64,000 bases of DNA from Spirochaetia bacterium. GTDB taxonomy: Bacteria; Spirochaetota; Spirochaetia; SZUA-6; Bin103. Below, one piece after another: positions 49,401 through 58,776 of the stretch. The position numbers and the translations under genes were made by a program. The notes below the pieces were generated by a model. It was given only the letters and a program-made list of their open reading frames with translations. It was not told the origin of the DNA and did not search any database. Location: positions 4,512,001 through 4,576,000 of the forward strand of contig CBDBDQ010000005.1 in NCBI GenBank assembly GCA_965203905.1, given 5' to 3'. Position 1 is the stretch's first letter; each line of letters opens with the position of its first letter.

Positions 49401-51432
49401 TCTTCAGTTGATCACGTCGACCGCCAATTTGGACGAGGTCCGCAACCTGCTTGACCGTGCACTCGATCAGATGGGGTTGAGCCGCAGCCGCCGGAACGCG
49501 AAGTTTCTGATAGCACACCTGAAGGCGCTCAGCGGTCGGCTTGCCATTCGCCTCACGGGTCACCGCGCGGTGACATCTGAGCTGATCGCGATGGCCCTAT
49601 CCCACGCCAACTGCCGGCTTGCGCCTGCGAGCGATGATTGCTGGGTATCTCTCGAACATGGATTCTTCATCCCGATCGACGACGTATGCGACCTGCTGCC
49701 ACCCCTCTCGGTGGCCGGCGACCAGGACGATGAAGAATCGCACCGTGGTAGGCCTGATCTGATCTACGTTTCGCTCTCTGCTCCGCGCCGCAAGGTGCTC
49801 ACTTTCAGCTTTATCGAGGTTAAGTATCGCAGACACCTGCGCACGGCGCGGTCCGTAGAGGTTCTCGACAGCATCCGCAAACAGACCCACTCTGTGTGCG
49901 AGCGGTGGTTCCAATGGTACGACCGCGACGTGTGTTCCGCGTTTCGCGCGCTGCGGCGTGCGAAGTTGGCGCGCGTGTTGAGATTCTACGCCGACAAGGC
50001 CCACCGCCACGCCTTGCCGAATCAGCGGTATGAGGCGCTGGTATCTGAAATCGACCGCATGATCGAGCGTGGTGCGGAGTACAAATTCGCTCCCGAACAC
50101 GCCGAAACCCGTGGCTGGGTGTTCTGCCCGGAGTATGCCGGCGACAGCCCGCTGCAGATCTCCCCCGACGAGTGGGACACGCGCATATTCCTGTTTGGCC
50201 CAGGCCGACTGCCGGACTCCGACTTCGGCGACGGCGTGCCCTTCCGGCCGCCGCCGGCGCCCCAGCAGTCGACTTCCCGGCGGACGCCGGAACATGAAGG
50301 AGAGTCCAGTGCGACGGCTGGGTCGGAGAACACCGAGGCAACCCGTGAAGAGCGCCGCGCGTCGGCCTCGACTGCTGCGGAGTCTTCTGAGCCCTCCGTT
50401 TCCTTCGGCACGGATGCACGTACCAACCGAGACGTGCGTTGGCCGCTGAAGGTGCAGGGCAACCCTCACCTGCTGATCGCGGGATTACCAGGGATGGGCA
50501 AGACCACCTGCCTGCTCAACCTCTGCCGTCAAATGGCTGCATCTCAGGTGCGTCCGATTGTCTTCTCCTATCATCAGGACATCGACGAGAAGCTCGCGGA
50601 GTCGGTTTCGGACGTCCGGTTCGTCGACTTCGACGGCCTTGGATTCAATCCGCTGCAGGTGATACCAGGAGCGTCGCGGTTGGCTCACCTGGACGTTGCT
50701 GCGGATATCCGGGACATCTTCATGGCGATCTATCCCGAACTAGGAGATATTCAGGGAGAGCGCCTGCGGACCGCCGTCAAGGACAGCTTCGCGGAAGCGG
50801 GGTGGGGCCCGAATGGCGCCCCCGAAGGTACGTCAGAGCCTGTGTTCGCCCGTTTCGTGGAGATTCTGCGCTCAGATGCGAAGCCGGACAAAGGGTTGCG
50901 AACCCTGCGCGCCCGTCTCAACGAACTTGACGACTACGGATTCTTTCAGGTCCACCAATCTCACCATAGTCTGTGGGACCATGAGCAGCCTACCGTCATC
51001 CGTGTCCACACCACACAGAACGAGAACCTGCAGCGTGCGTTTGCGTCTCTGGTATTCTACGGCCTGTATAAAGACATGTTCCGGCGAGGCACACAGGATC
51101 GGATCACCCACGCGCTGATCTTCGACGAAGCACACCGCGCCGCGCGTTTGAGGCTGATCCCGACGATGGCCAAAGAGTGCCGCAAGTACGGTATCTCCCT
51201 CGTGCTGGCATCCCAGGAAGCACGCGACTTTCACGTATCCGTATTCTCGGCAATCGCGAATTATCTCGTACTGAGGCTGACCGCGACCGACGCTCGATTT
51301 CTGGTCAGGAACGTATCAAGTTCGCAGCAGGAACGGGCGCTGATCGACAGGATCAAGCAGATGGAGCGGTTCAAGGGACTGTTCTTCGTCGAGGGGAAAA
51401 CGCGTCCACATTCGGTGAACCTGTCGTCGTAG
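46435..51432 (+). CDS. Large protein with PD-(D/E)XK nuclease and C-terminal HerA/FtsK ATPase (MAD8/DndH-like)
   Basis: RPDLIYV...FIEVKYR (about 49750-49830); NPHLLIAGLPGMGKT, IFDEAH and KECRKYGISLVLASQ. Confidence 0.88.
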   Translation: MPTVTWTALHGSLLARAFDKVLGHPQPGAVAFARCLTKEVVQQLAMDSAFDLDSWKVFRVAAVRSAERTITADRAVELRESKGDALLLLVDTVRAGAGMDGIYSAAREVDEATLFREARRLALATITKRHSTATRRYAEDALKAAIRTSGGRDALPPWTSFDFLCRIAAGEQSPGTYTHVLGLWPIRDSAESNHADDLRDARKFVDVLLGPAAASLAPAARIDALRLDGDSEQQRASLEHFLHEVDAKPLRTALEELAKPNQRHLWVGSLRTEGPALSIKSIELTPWRNAHGKIHRWSGLVDDGDVNDPPALILSADADQPGATLEVRWKVDPGDLERNAVDYRVQVVTGNLNEELAYKDVPHSARKTGEKWRFSGDDFALDEDAQVAAKVVVSVVGDEKVERRESEEFFIRFGDGPDPQTGGIGVRVRAFSEGVAALRSRDVVSEIAEAPQVAAGGRSYVTLRTPVEGRRRRSYRVLRSALVAEVERDWSAREGCVGRWVLKVRGSGEWARGPDFSPMDSSGAEWDRVEKASRRVAARFATTCGGVAQIYDERSKAHDIVKFYLRAWLALLRSGDPACAICNTVEVQSLSGRTIGLIVLPAHPLRMAWHAAYDNLVLHAAFEQSVRHSDLLRELAGLDGAMFPAFLPNPHGGAFVFADTLGFHAVGMVPDDDREPKAAVAMLARAVGGSDAADSAPSVGMQSAAVLGSEVVKYLDCHDTARLLRIHALRAGDGMTVARSLGTVQEHYQDGEEIEDDTDQLNTTAPVFSLDLYPSVAQQGITGRFIAEAREKRRSGAGVLAEQDRWMLQSVSLPGGVNQPRLRWARKDQQDPNTAAHVAIAFDTFESRVSPDPAVSRTARPLHAFGLLSFYERQYASLPAPQWVSAAPPGHGGEKHPSSRTHTDTLLRLQHAIQQAVSSHLGITGFPVLRTEISVEMADSLDKLHRLCDWVVTLDRNAGVEYFDSPRDNPTVYDAYMIDCVPERDDLGCLQLITSTANLDEVRNLLDRALDQMGLSRSRRNAKFLIAHLKALSGRLAIRLTGHRAVTSELIAMALSHANCRLAPASDDCWVSLEHGFFIPIDDVCDLLPPLSVAGDQDDEESHRGRPDLIYVSLSAPRRKVLTFSFIEVKYRRHLRTARSVEVLDSIRKQTHSVCERWFQWYDRDVCSAFRALRRAKLARVLRFYADKAHRHALPNQRYEALVSEIDRMIERGAEYKFAPEHAETRGWVFCPEYAGDSPLQISPDEWDTRIFLFGPGRLPDSDFGDGVPFRPPPAPQQSTSRRTPEHEGESSATAGSENTEATREERRASASTAAESSEPSVSFGTDARTNRDVRWPLKVQGNPHLLIAGLPGMGKTTCLLNLCRQMAASQVRPIVFSYHQDIDEKLAESVSDVRFVDFDGLGFNPLQVIPGASRLAHLDVAADIRDIFMAIYPELGDIQGERLRTAVKDSFAEAGWGPNGAPEGTSEPVFARFVEILRSDAKPDKGLRTLRARLNELDDYGFFQVHQSHHSLWDHEQPTVIRVHTTQNENLQRAFASLVFYGLYKDMFRRGTQDRITHALIFDEAHRAARLRLIPTMAKECRKYGISLVLASQEARDFHVSVFSAIANYLVLRLTATDARFLVRNVSSSQQERALIDRIKQMERFKGLFFVEGKTRPHSVNLSS

Positions 51433-51448
51433 CTTGGAGGAGATTGAG

Positions 51449-51657
51449 GTGCCATCACTAACGCTGGAGCAGGAGCATGCGTTGCTCGCACCTGGGCGTA
51501 CGCGGGAGCAGTTGCGTGAAAAGGAGAAAGCCGTCACTGCCGTAAACCTGTGTCGGACCGGATCGATGTCGCTGGACGCCGCCGCCGAGTTTGCTGACGT
51601 GCCAAATTCTGGTTGTTGGAATTGATCGCGGAGGACCGGTCCGAACCTCCGCTTTAA
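51449..51657 (+). pseudogene. UPF0175-like antitoxin, probable frameshift
   Basis: AVNLCRTGSMSLDAAAEFADVP continues as KFWLLELIAE in another frame. Confidence 0.5.
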
Positions 51658-51666
51658 AAAGAGGAG

Positions 51667-51966
51667 TTGGGGAGAGATGCAGAGCGCTACATCTCCGTAG
51701 ATCCGGGCATCCTCTCGGGTACGCCTTGTCTGAAGGGGACTCGCGTGCCTGCCCACTATATCGCGGACATGGTCGCGAATGGGGACAGCGTGATCGAGAT
51801 CATCGCTGCGTATCCCTACCTTACGGAAGGTCAGGTCCATGCTGCAGTCGCCTATACACGCGCGTTTCCTCGGCTGGCGAGGCCCGAAAGGGAACCAGCT
51901 TGGCGGCGGCAACAGCCGATCGAATCGAGTGAGATCCCGCTGGATGATCTATTTCCGTCTTCGTGA
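51667..51966 (+). CDS. DUF433 domain antitoxin
   Basis: ISVDPGILSGTPCLKGTRVP...IIAAYPYLT...AAVAY. Confidence 0.88.
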   Translation: MGRDAERYISVDPGILSGTPCLKGTRVPAHYIADMVANGDSVIEIIAAYPYLTEGQVHAAVAYTRAFPRLARPEREPAWRRQQPIESSEIPLDDLFPSS

Positions 51967-52154
51967 AGCTGTTGATCGATGAGCGTCTGAGTCCAGATTC
52001 GGCACGGATCGCATGGTACGCTGGAATAGTTTGCTCACATGTCAGGTGGCTGGGTCTGCAGTCGGCGCAAGACTGGCAGCTTGTGCAACGCGCGGTCAGC
52101 GACGATTGGGTGTTCGTAACGAACAACACCGCCTTCGGCCCGACCGCTTGGTGA
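51963..52154 (+). pseudogene. DUF5615 PIN-like toxin, truncated
   Basis: KLLIDERLSP, HVRWLGL...D and FVTNN; stops at 63 aa. Confidence 0.75.
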
Positions 52155-52282
52155 TGCGCACGAGACCGCCGCGTGGCATCCACCGCCGGCTGTGACGGTT
52201 CCATCTGTCTCCTGCCGTGTCTCGATCGGAACGTGATTACGGAACGATGACAGCGGCGTCACGTCCTGCGACAATGATGCCC

Positions 52283-53877
52283 GTGCGCAAGTTCAACACT
52301 GAAGGCCCAATCCGCGCGGACCGGCACTATCACATTCCGCCGCTGACGCGGCTCGATCTCGACGACGTCCTCGGCCTCATCCGCCACGAGAAGTACTTCG
52401 TGCTGTACGCGCCACGGCAGACCGGCAAGACCTCGGCGCTGCTGGCCCTGCGCGACCTGCTCAACTCAGGGCAGGCGGGCGAATTCCGCTGCGTGTGCGC
52501 CAACGTCGAGGCCGCACAGGCGATGCGGGAGAACATCGGCGAGGGAATCCGCACCGTCCTCGCCGAACTTGCGTTTCGGGCCAGCGTGACGCTACACGAC
52601 GAGACGCTGGAGAACCTCTGGCCCGCGCTGCTGGAGCGCGTCGGGCCGGGGCAGGCGCTGCGCCAGGCGCTGGCGCGTTGGAGCATGGCGGACCCGCGCC
52701 CGTTGGTGCTGCTGATCGACGAGATCGACGCGTTGATCGGCGACACGCTGCTGTCGGTGCTGCTGCAGCTTCGCACCGGCTACGACCAGCGTCCGGACGC
52801 CTTCCCGCACAGCATTATTCTGTGCGGGGTGCGCGACGTGTGCGACTATCGCATCCACTCCAGCGCCGAGAACCGAATGGTGCTCGGTGGCAGTGCATTC
52901 AACATCAAGTCCAAGTCGCTTCGGCTCGGCGACTTCTCCGAACAGGAGATACGCTCGCTGACCACGCAGCACACCGAACAGACCGGGCAGGCGTTCACGC
53001 CGGAAGCGCTGGGCCTGATCTGGACGCGCAGCGCCGGCCAGCCGTGGCTGGTGAACGCGCTGTGCCGGGAGTCATGCTACGACAGCGTCGCCGGCCGCGA
53101 CCGATCGCGGCCCCGATTTCGGCCGATGCCATCCTGGAGGCGCAGGAGCGGCTGATTCTGCGTCGGGACACGCACGTCGACGACCTCGCCAACAAGCTGC
53201 GCGAAGAGCGTGTGCGGCGCGTGATAGGGCCGATCCTCGCCGGCGCCGGCCGGCAGGCGTGGTCGGAGGAAGACATCGCCTACGTCCGCGACCTGGGGCT
53301 GGTCACGCAGGACGTGGGCGGGCGGTCACGCATCGCCAACCCGATCTACGAGGAGCTGGTCCCGCGCCACCTGAACTACGCGGTGCAGGCGGGGCTGCCG
53401 CAGGAGATGGCGTGGTACGTGGACCGCGCCGGCAACCTAGACGTGGTGGGCCTGATCGCGGCGTTCCAGACCTTCTTCCGGGAGCACTCCGAGCACTGGG
53501 TGCAGCGCTTCGAGCGCTACCAGGAGGCCGGCCCGCAGTTGCTGCTGCAGGCGCATCTGCAGCGCGTCGTCAACGGCGGAGGGGGGATCGAGCGGGAGTA
53601 TGCGCTCGGGCGCGGGCGCACGGACCTGCTGATCGTGTGGCCGCAGGGCGGGCTCCAGCGGCGCTGGGTGGTGGAGTGCAAGGTGCGGCACGGGGACCTG
53701 GAGCGGACCATCGCGGATGGGCTGGAGCAGACGCGTGCCTACCTGGATCGATGCGGCGCGGAGGCGGGCCACCTGATCGTGTTCGACCGATCGCAGGAGC
53801 GGAGCTGGGAGGAGAAGATCTTCCGCCGTGACCCGCCGCCCGGCGGAGCCGTTCCGGTCACCGTCTGGGGCATGTGA
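52283..53877 (+). pseudogene. AAA ATPase with C-terminal PD-(D/E)XK domain, split by one frameshift near 53112
   Basis: RKFNTEGP, APRQTGKT, LIDEID and GQPWLVN in one frame; EREYALGRGRTDL...VVECK in another. The junction is a C4 run. Confidence 0.85.
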
Positions 53878-53938
53878 CCCCGGCGCCCGACACGCGGCTC
53901 CGCGGTCCGCAGCGGCCGGGATGCGACCGTGCCGGAAC

Positions 53939-55147
53939 TCAGTCGCGGAAGGGGTCGAACTCGTCGGGGCCGGCCATGGCGACGCCGAGGGGCGTGAGGG
54001 TGTGGAGGATGCGGATGCTGCCGGCGTGGAATCCGAGCACCTCTTCGATGCGCTTGTAGCAGTGCGGTGACTCGTCGGTGCCGGCGCCGCGCAGCTCGAC
54101 GCCGGCGCGCTGCAGCCAATCCTGCATCATTTCGCGGCTGACTTCGCCTTCGCTGATCTGCTCTACGCGGTCGCGCCTGCGACGGCGCTTGCCGGCCGCG
54201 CGGCGGCGTGACATCACCCGCCCGGCGCCGTGCACCGTGGAGCGCAGGGTGAGGCGGCTCTCCTCGCTGTCGATGCCCTCCACGATCACCGAGATGTCGC
54301 CCATGGAGCCGCCGATGAAGCCGCGCTGGCCGGGGAAGGCCGGCGTGGCGCCCTTGCGCACCACCCACAGGTCGCGGCCCAGGTGGTGCTCGCGCCAGGC
54401 GAAGTTGTGGTGGTTGTGCACCTCGTCCAGGACCGTGGCGCCGAGCAGACGGGCGACGCGGGCGCAGACCCAGTCGCGGCCGGCGTAGGCGTAGCGGCCG
54501 GCGAGCTGCATGCACGCCAGGTAGCGCCGTCCCAGGTCGCTGTCGGTGGCCAGCAGCACCGGATCGACGTGGATGCCGTCGCGCCCGCCGCCGGCGCGGA
54601 TGAAGTAGCTGGCCAGCTTGTGGCCCAGTCCGCGGGAGCCGAAGTGCACCCCTACCCAGACCCGGTCCGCCTCGTCGGCGAACAGGTCGACGTAGTGGTT
54701 GCCGGAGCCGATGGTGCCGAGTTGGGCGCGCGCCATGTCGCGGTGCTGCGCGGCTTCCGACAGGTCCCATGCGGGATCGTCGGCGAACAGCTCGTGCTCC
54801 ACCGGCTCCGGGTTCTTGCGGCCGATGCCGAACGAGAGGGTGCGCCACAGGTCGTCCATGATCGGACCGATGTGACGGCGCACCTCGGCGGCCTCGGCGT
54901 CGAGCAATATCGCCTTGTTGCCACAGGAAATATCGAATCCGACGCCGGATGGGCTGAGGTGCTCGGCATAGGCGATCACACCGCCCACCGGGACCGCGTA
55001 GCCGAGGTGGTGGTCGGCCATCAGGGCGGCGTAGTCGGCGCGCTCCCGGCAGCGCTGCATCTGCTCCACGGCGCCGGCGACCGGGACGCCCCACACCGGC
55101 AGCGAGTCGATCACCTGGTGAGACGGCTTCGACGGCCGCTCCGCCAT
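53939..55147 (-). CDS. rtcB: RtcB family RNA ligase
   Basis: ADHHLGY, GFDISCG, GTIGSGNHY, HFGSRG, HNHHN, HGAGR and DESPHCYK. Confidence 0.95.
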   Translation of the reverse strand: MAERPSKPSHQVIDSLPVWGVPVAGAVEQMQRCRERADYAALMADHHLGYAVPVGGVIAYAEHLSPSGVGFDISCGNKAILLDAEAAEVRRHIGPIMDDLWRTLSFGIGRKNPEPVEHELFADDPAWDLSEAAQHRDMARAQLGTIGSGNHYVDLFADEADRVWVGVHFGSRGLGHKLASYFIRAGGGRDGIHVDPVLLATDSDLGRRYLACMQLAGRYAYAGRDWVCARVARLLGATVLDEVHNHHNFAWREHHLGRDLWVVRKGATPAFPGQRGFIGGSMGDISVIVEGIDSEESRLTLRSTVHGAGRVMSRRRAAGKRRRRRDRVEQISEGEVSREMMQDWLQRAGVELRGAGTDESPHCYKRIEEVLGFHAGSIRILHTLTPLGVAMAGPDEFDPFRD

Positions 55148-55148
55148 C

Positions 55149-56210
55149 TCAGGGCGCATCGCCGGACGGACAGACGGCCACCTTGATGGCGCCGCCGACA
55201 CGGCCGGTGAAGGTGCTCAGCGCCTGCCCGAAGTCGGCCAGGGCGAAGCGGTGGGTGAACAGCGGCGCGATGTCGACGCGTCCGTTGATGACCAGGGACA
55301 GCGCCTCCTCGGCGGTGTTGGGATTGGCGCGGCCGCCGCGGATTTCAACCTCGTCGAGCACCAGGCGGCGCACCGGCACCGCGGCGTCCTCCGCCGGCAG
55401 GCCGATCGCCGAGATGAAGCCGCCCTTGGCGGCCAGCTCGCAGGCCTGCCGGAATGCCGTGGTGGTGCCGGCGCACTCCACCACGTGCGGCGCGCCCAAC
55501 CCGCCGGTCAGGCGGCGCACTTCCGCGACCACGTCGGCGGCGCGGTAGTCGATGCCGATGGCGCCCAGCTCGCGGGCACGTGCCAGCCGTTCGCCGCTGC
55601 CGGCGGCGATGATCCGTCCGGCACCCAGGGCAGCCGCGCACAGGATCGCCATCAGTCCCTGCGGGCCGGTGCCGAGGATGACGATGTCGGCGCCCGGCTC
55701 CAGGCGCGTGCGCTTGACGGTGTAGAGGGCAATCGACAGCGGATCGATCACGGCGGCCTCGGCCAGCGCGAGCTGGTCGGGGATGCGGTAGACGCTCTTC
55801 ACGCTGGCGGCCACGTACTCCGCGTAGCCGCCGGCGGTGTAGTGCCCGTACTGGCGGTGGCCGACCGCCTCGTTGCCGTAGTTCAGGCACAGGTTGTAGC
55901 GTCCGGTCAGGCACATGCGGCAGTAACCGCATCCGCAGTGAGAGGTGGCGCACACCCGGTCGCCGGCGCGCCAGCCGAGCCCGGCCGCGACCGGCCCCGC
56001 CTCGACCACGGTGCCGGACCACTCGTGACCGGGCACGAACGGGTAGGACCCGGGCCAGAAGCCGGGGAAGTCGCCGGCGATGATGTGCGGATCGGTGCCG
56101 CAGATGTAGGTCGTGTCGACCCGCACCAGCACGTCATCGCGGCCAATCTCGGGCAGCGCCACGTTCCGCACCGAGAACTCGTTGGGAGCGGTAAGCACCA
56201 GCGCCTGCAC
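55149..56210 (-). CDS. Zinc-dependent (MDR) alcohol/polyol dehydrogenase
   Basis: ICGTD, GHEWSG, CGYCRMC...C and GTGPQG. Confidence 0.93.
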   Translation of the reverse strand: MQALVLTAPNEFSVRNVALPEIGRDDVLVRVDTTYICGTDPHIIAGDFPGFWPGSYPFVPGHEWSGTVVEAGPVAAGLGWRAGDRVCATSHCGCGYCRMCLTGRYNLCLNYGNEAVGHRQYGHYTAGGYAEYVAASVKSVYRIPDQLALAEAAVIDPLSIALYTVKRTRLEPGADIVILGTGPQGLMAILCAAALGAGRIIAAGSGERLARARELGAIGIDYRAADVVAEVRRLTGGLGAPHVVECAGTTTAFRQACELAAKGGFISAIGLPAEDAAVPVRRLVLDEVEIRGGRANPNTAEEALSLVINGRVDIAPLFTHRFALADFGQALSTFTGRVGGAIKVAVCPSGDAP

Positions 56211-56213
56211 GGG

Positions 56214-57038
56214 CTAGTCCTCGGTGATCGCCACGGCCCGGATCGGCGAGCCGGCGCCGTTCCTGATCTTCAGCGGCAGGCCGATGAAGGTGAAGCTGCG
56301 CTTGGGGATGCGGTGCACGTTGGCCAGGTTCTCCATGTTCAGGATACCGCGCTGGCGGCACATCATGTGCGCCGGCTGCACGCGGCGCACTGCCACCTCG
56401 TGGTGGGAGTCGACGCTCGGGGCGTCGGCGCCGAACGCCACCACGCCGGAATCGGCCAGAAAGTGGCTCGCCTGTTCGTCCAGGCCGGGGTAGCCGGCGA
56501 TGTAGGCGTAGGGGTCTCCTGACCACTTGTCGCTCCAGCCGGTGGCGTACAGCAGCGCCGAGCCCTGCCTGATCTCCAGCTTGTGCTCAGCGATCTGCCG
56601 CTCCAGGTCGGCGCGGGTGATGTAGGAGTTGGGCTCCTTGGCGCGGAAGTCGAGCCAGATTCCCGGTGCGATGTGCCACTGCAGGGGGCTCCGGTCGATC
56701 GGCCGGGCGCCCTGCTCGGGCACGATGTGGCTGATCGAGTCGCAGTGGGTGGAGGTGTGGCCGCACAGGGTGAACGCCACCACCTCGTAGGAGTAGGGCG
56801 GCTCGGTGAGCCCGAACTGCTGTACGTCCTGGTGCGACAGGTGCTGCCACATCACCGTGCGCTGGTGGCCCTTGAAGGTGGGGTTGCTCGGCGCGATCTC
56901 GTGGCTCAGGTCGGTGACCGTGCAGCGTTTGCCGAGCAACTCGATGCTGGCGTGGAGCGCCGGCTGCGGGCAGGGCACCATGTCGGGGTAGCGCTCGCGT
57001 ACCCGCCGCTCGTCCGCGGCCGTCCAGTCCGCACGCAT
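56214..57038 (-). CDS. Cyclase family metal-dependent hydrolase (KynB-like)
   Basis: HTSTHCD, YPGL, GADAPSVD, ENL and LPLKIRNGAGSPIRAVA. Confidence 0.88.
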   Translation of the reverse strand: MRADWTAADERRVRERYPDMVPCPQPALHASIELLGKRCTVTDLSHEIAPSNPTFKGHQRTVMWQHLSHQDVQQFGLTEPPYSYEVVAFTLCGHTSTHCDSISHIVPEQGARPIDRSPLQWHIAPGIWLDFRAKEPNSYITRADLERQIAEHKLEIRQGSALLYATGWSDKWSGDPYAYIAGYPGLDEQASHFLADSGVVAFGADAPSVDSHHEVAVRRVQPAHMMCRQRGILNMENLANVHRIPKRSFTFIGLPLKIRNGAGSPIRAVAITED

Positions 57039-57117
57039 CTGCGCGGGCCCGCTCAGCGCGGCGCCGGCGCCGGTGTCCGCGGGCGCCCGCCGTGTCGAGA
57101 AGCAATCATTCGCGGCC

Positions 57118-57873
57118 CTACCGGACGGTGTGGCCGCCGTCCACCACCAGCACGGCGCCGGTGACGAAGCGCGCCTCATCGGAGGCCAGGAACAGCACAC
57201 AGTTGGCAACGTCGACCGGTTGCCCCAGATCCTTGATCAGGTAGGTCTCCCGCATCGGCTCCAGCACCTCGGGATGGTCCAGCAGCCCGGCCGTCATGCC
57301 GGTGTAGACGAAGCCGGGCGCCACCGCGTTCACCCGCACCCCGTGATCGGCGAGGTCGGCCGCCATCACCCGCGTCAGGCCGGGGATCGCGCTCTTCGAG
57401 GTGACGTAGGTGGTGAGGCCGCCGAGCGCGATGTAGGAAAGGTCGGAGGCGGTGTTGACGATCGCGCCGGAGCCGGCGCCGCGCATCACCCTGGCGACGT
57501 GCTTGCCGACCAGGATCATGCCCTTGACGTTGATCGACAGCGCCTCGTCGATGGTGGCCTCGTCGATGTCGAAGATGGAGGCGTCGTTGGCCGGCAGCAG
57601 CCCGGCGTGGTTGTGCAGCACGTCGATCGGCCCGAGCTCCTCCACGGCCTGGGCCACGGCGCGCTGCACCTGCGCCTCGTCGGTCACGTCGGCGGTGAAC
57701 GCCAGCGCGGTGCCCCCGCCCGCGCCGATCGCGTGCGCGGTTTCCTCGGCGCCCGGACCGTTGGCGTCCACCACCGCCACCTTGGCCCCCTCACGGGCGA
57801 ACAGCTCGCAACTCGCCTTGCCGATCCCGGAGGCTCCCCCGGTTACCAGGGCACACTTCCCTTCCAGTTTCAT
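57118..57873 (-). CDS. SDR family oxidoreductase
   Basis: TGGASGIG, NHAG, YVTSK, VRVNAVAPG and VDGG. Confidence 0.94.
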   Translation of the reverse strand: MKLEGKCALVTGGASGIGKASCELFAREGAKVAVVDANGPGAEETAHAIGAGGGTALAFTADVTDEAQVQRAVAQAVEELGPIDVLHNHAGLLPANDASIFDIDEATIDEALSINVKGMILVGKHVARVMRGAGSGAIVNTASDLSYIALGGLTTYVTSKSAIPGLTRVMAADLADHGVRVNAVAPGFVYTGMTAGLLDHPEVLEPMRETYLIKDLGQPVDVANCVLFLASDEARFVTGAVLVVDGGHTVR

Positions 57874-58012
57874 AGCTCGGCAGTGTAAGCACGGTGTGCA
57901 CGACGCACAACGTCTGCCGCACGCCGTGCGTGGCATCGACGGGGAACTCTCGTGTGGCGCTTGGAGACGGTAGGGCCGGCTGCCCCGGCTGCCCCTCTTC
58001 GCACTCCGTTCC

Positions 58013-58249
58013 CTACGAATCCGCCGTCACGGGTCCGTTCCTTACGGCCAACCCGAATGCTCGAAAGCTCGGGCTTCGGCCCTCAATCGTGTGCGGGTCG
58101 AGTTGCTCGGCGATTTCCGCCGACAGCCGCGCGGTATACACGATCTGGTCGCGCCTGAGCAGGTTCTTCAGGTGCTCCTTGGGCCGGATTATTTCGTCAG
58201 GTCGCGATGTGTCTACGTGACCCTGTGACCTGCCGCCAAGATGTCTCCT
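58013..58249 (-). pseudogene. 3' remnant of a DUF4276-like (TOPRIM-type ATPase partner) gene
   Basis: Manual translation: ...PDEIIRPKEHLKNLLRRDQIVYTARLSAEIAEQLDPHTIEGRSPSFRAFGLAV*. The 5' part is missing. Confidence 0.5.
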
Positions 58250-58776
58250 GGGGGACGCGATTGTCGGACTATCTGAGCGTCGGCGTCATCGCGCAGGTGT
58301 TTCCGTTGTCGGCGGTACGGGCAGCGTTGGATGAGACCGGTCGGCGCAGCCGGCGGCAGCGGTCGTTGCCGGCCGAGGTGATGATCTATTACGTCATCAC
58401 GATGGCACTGTTTCGGTCGGTAGCGGCACGGGAGGTGTTGCGCTGTCTGGTGGATGGGTTGCGTTGGCTGGCGCCGATCATGGCGGTGCGAGTGTCGGGC
58501 AAGTCGTCGATCTCGCGGGCTCGGAGCCGGCTGGGCACGGCGCCATTCGCGGCGTTGTGCCGCGCGCGCGTGGGGGTGGTAGCGGAACGCGAGACGCGCG
58601 GGGCGTGGTACCGTGGCCGGTGCCTGATAGCGTTCGACGGATCGACGCTGGACGTACCGGACGAAGCCGAGAACCGGGATGCCTTCGGGCTACCGGGCAC
58701 TGGGCGGGGACAAGCGGCGTTTCCGCAGGTACGGCTGACCGCGATGGTGGAGGTGGGCACGCGGGCGGCCTCTTGA
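58250..58776 (+). mobile_element. IS4 family transposase fragment (N-terminal part only)
   Basis: RLSDYLSVGVIAQVFP, RQRSLPA, SSISRARSRLG, AFDGSTLDVPD and AFPQVR; truncated at both ends. Confidence 0.85.

Noticed and set aside
40585-51432. Canonical phosphorothioate Dnd system
   Set aside because: No dndA-E or ssp modification genes in the window, and canonical DndF lacks NERD/kinase domains.
53100-53130. Programmed ribosomal frameshift in the AAA ATPase gene
   Set aside because: No slippery heptamer; a single extra C in a homopolymer is better explained by mutation or sequencing error.
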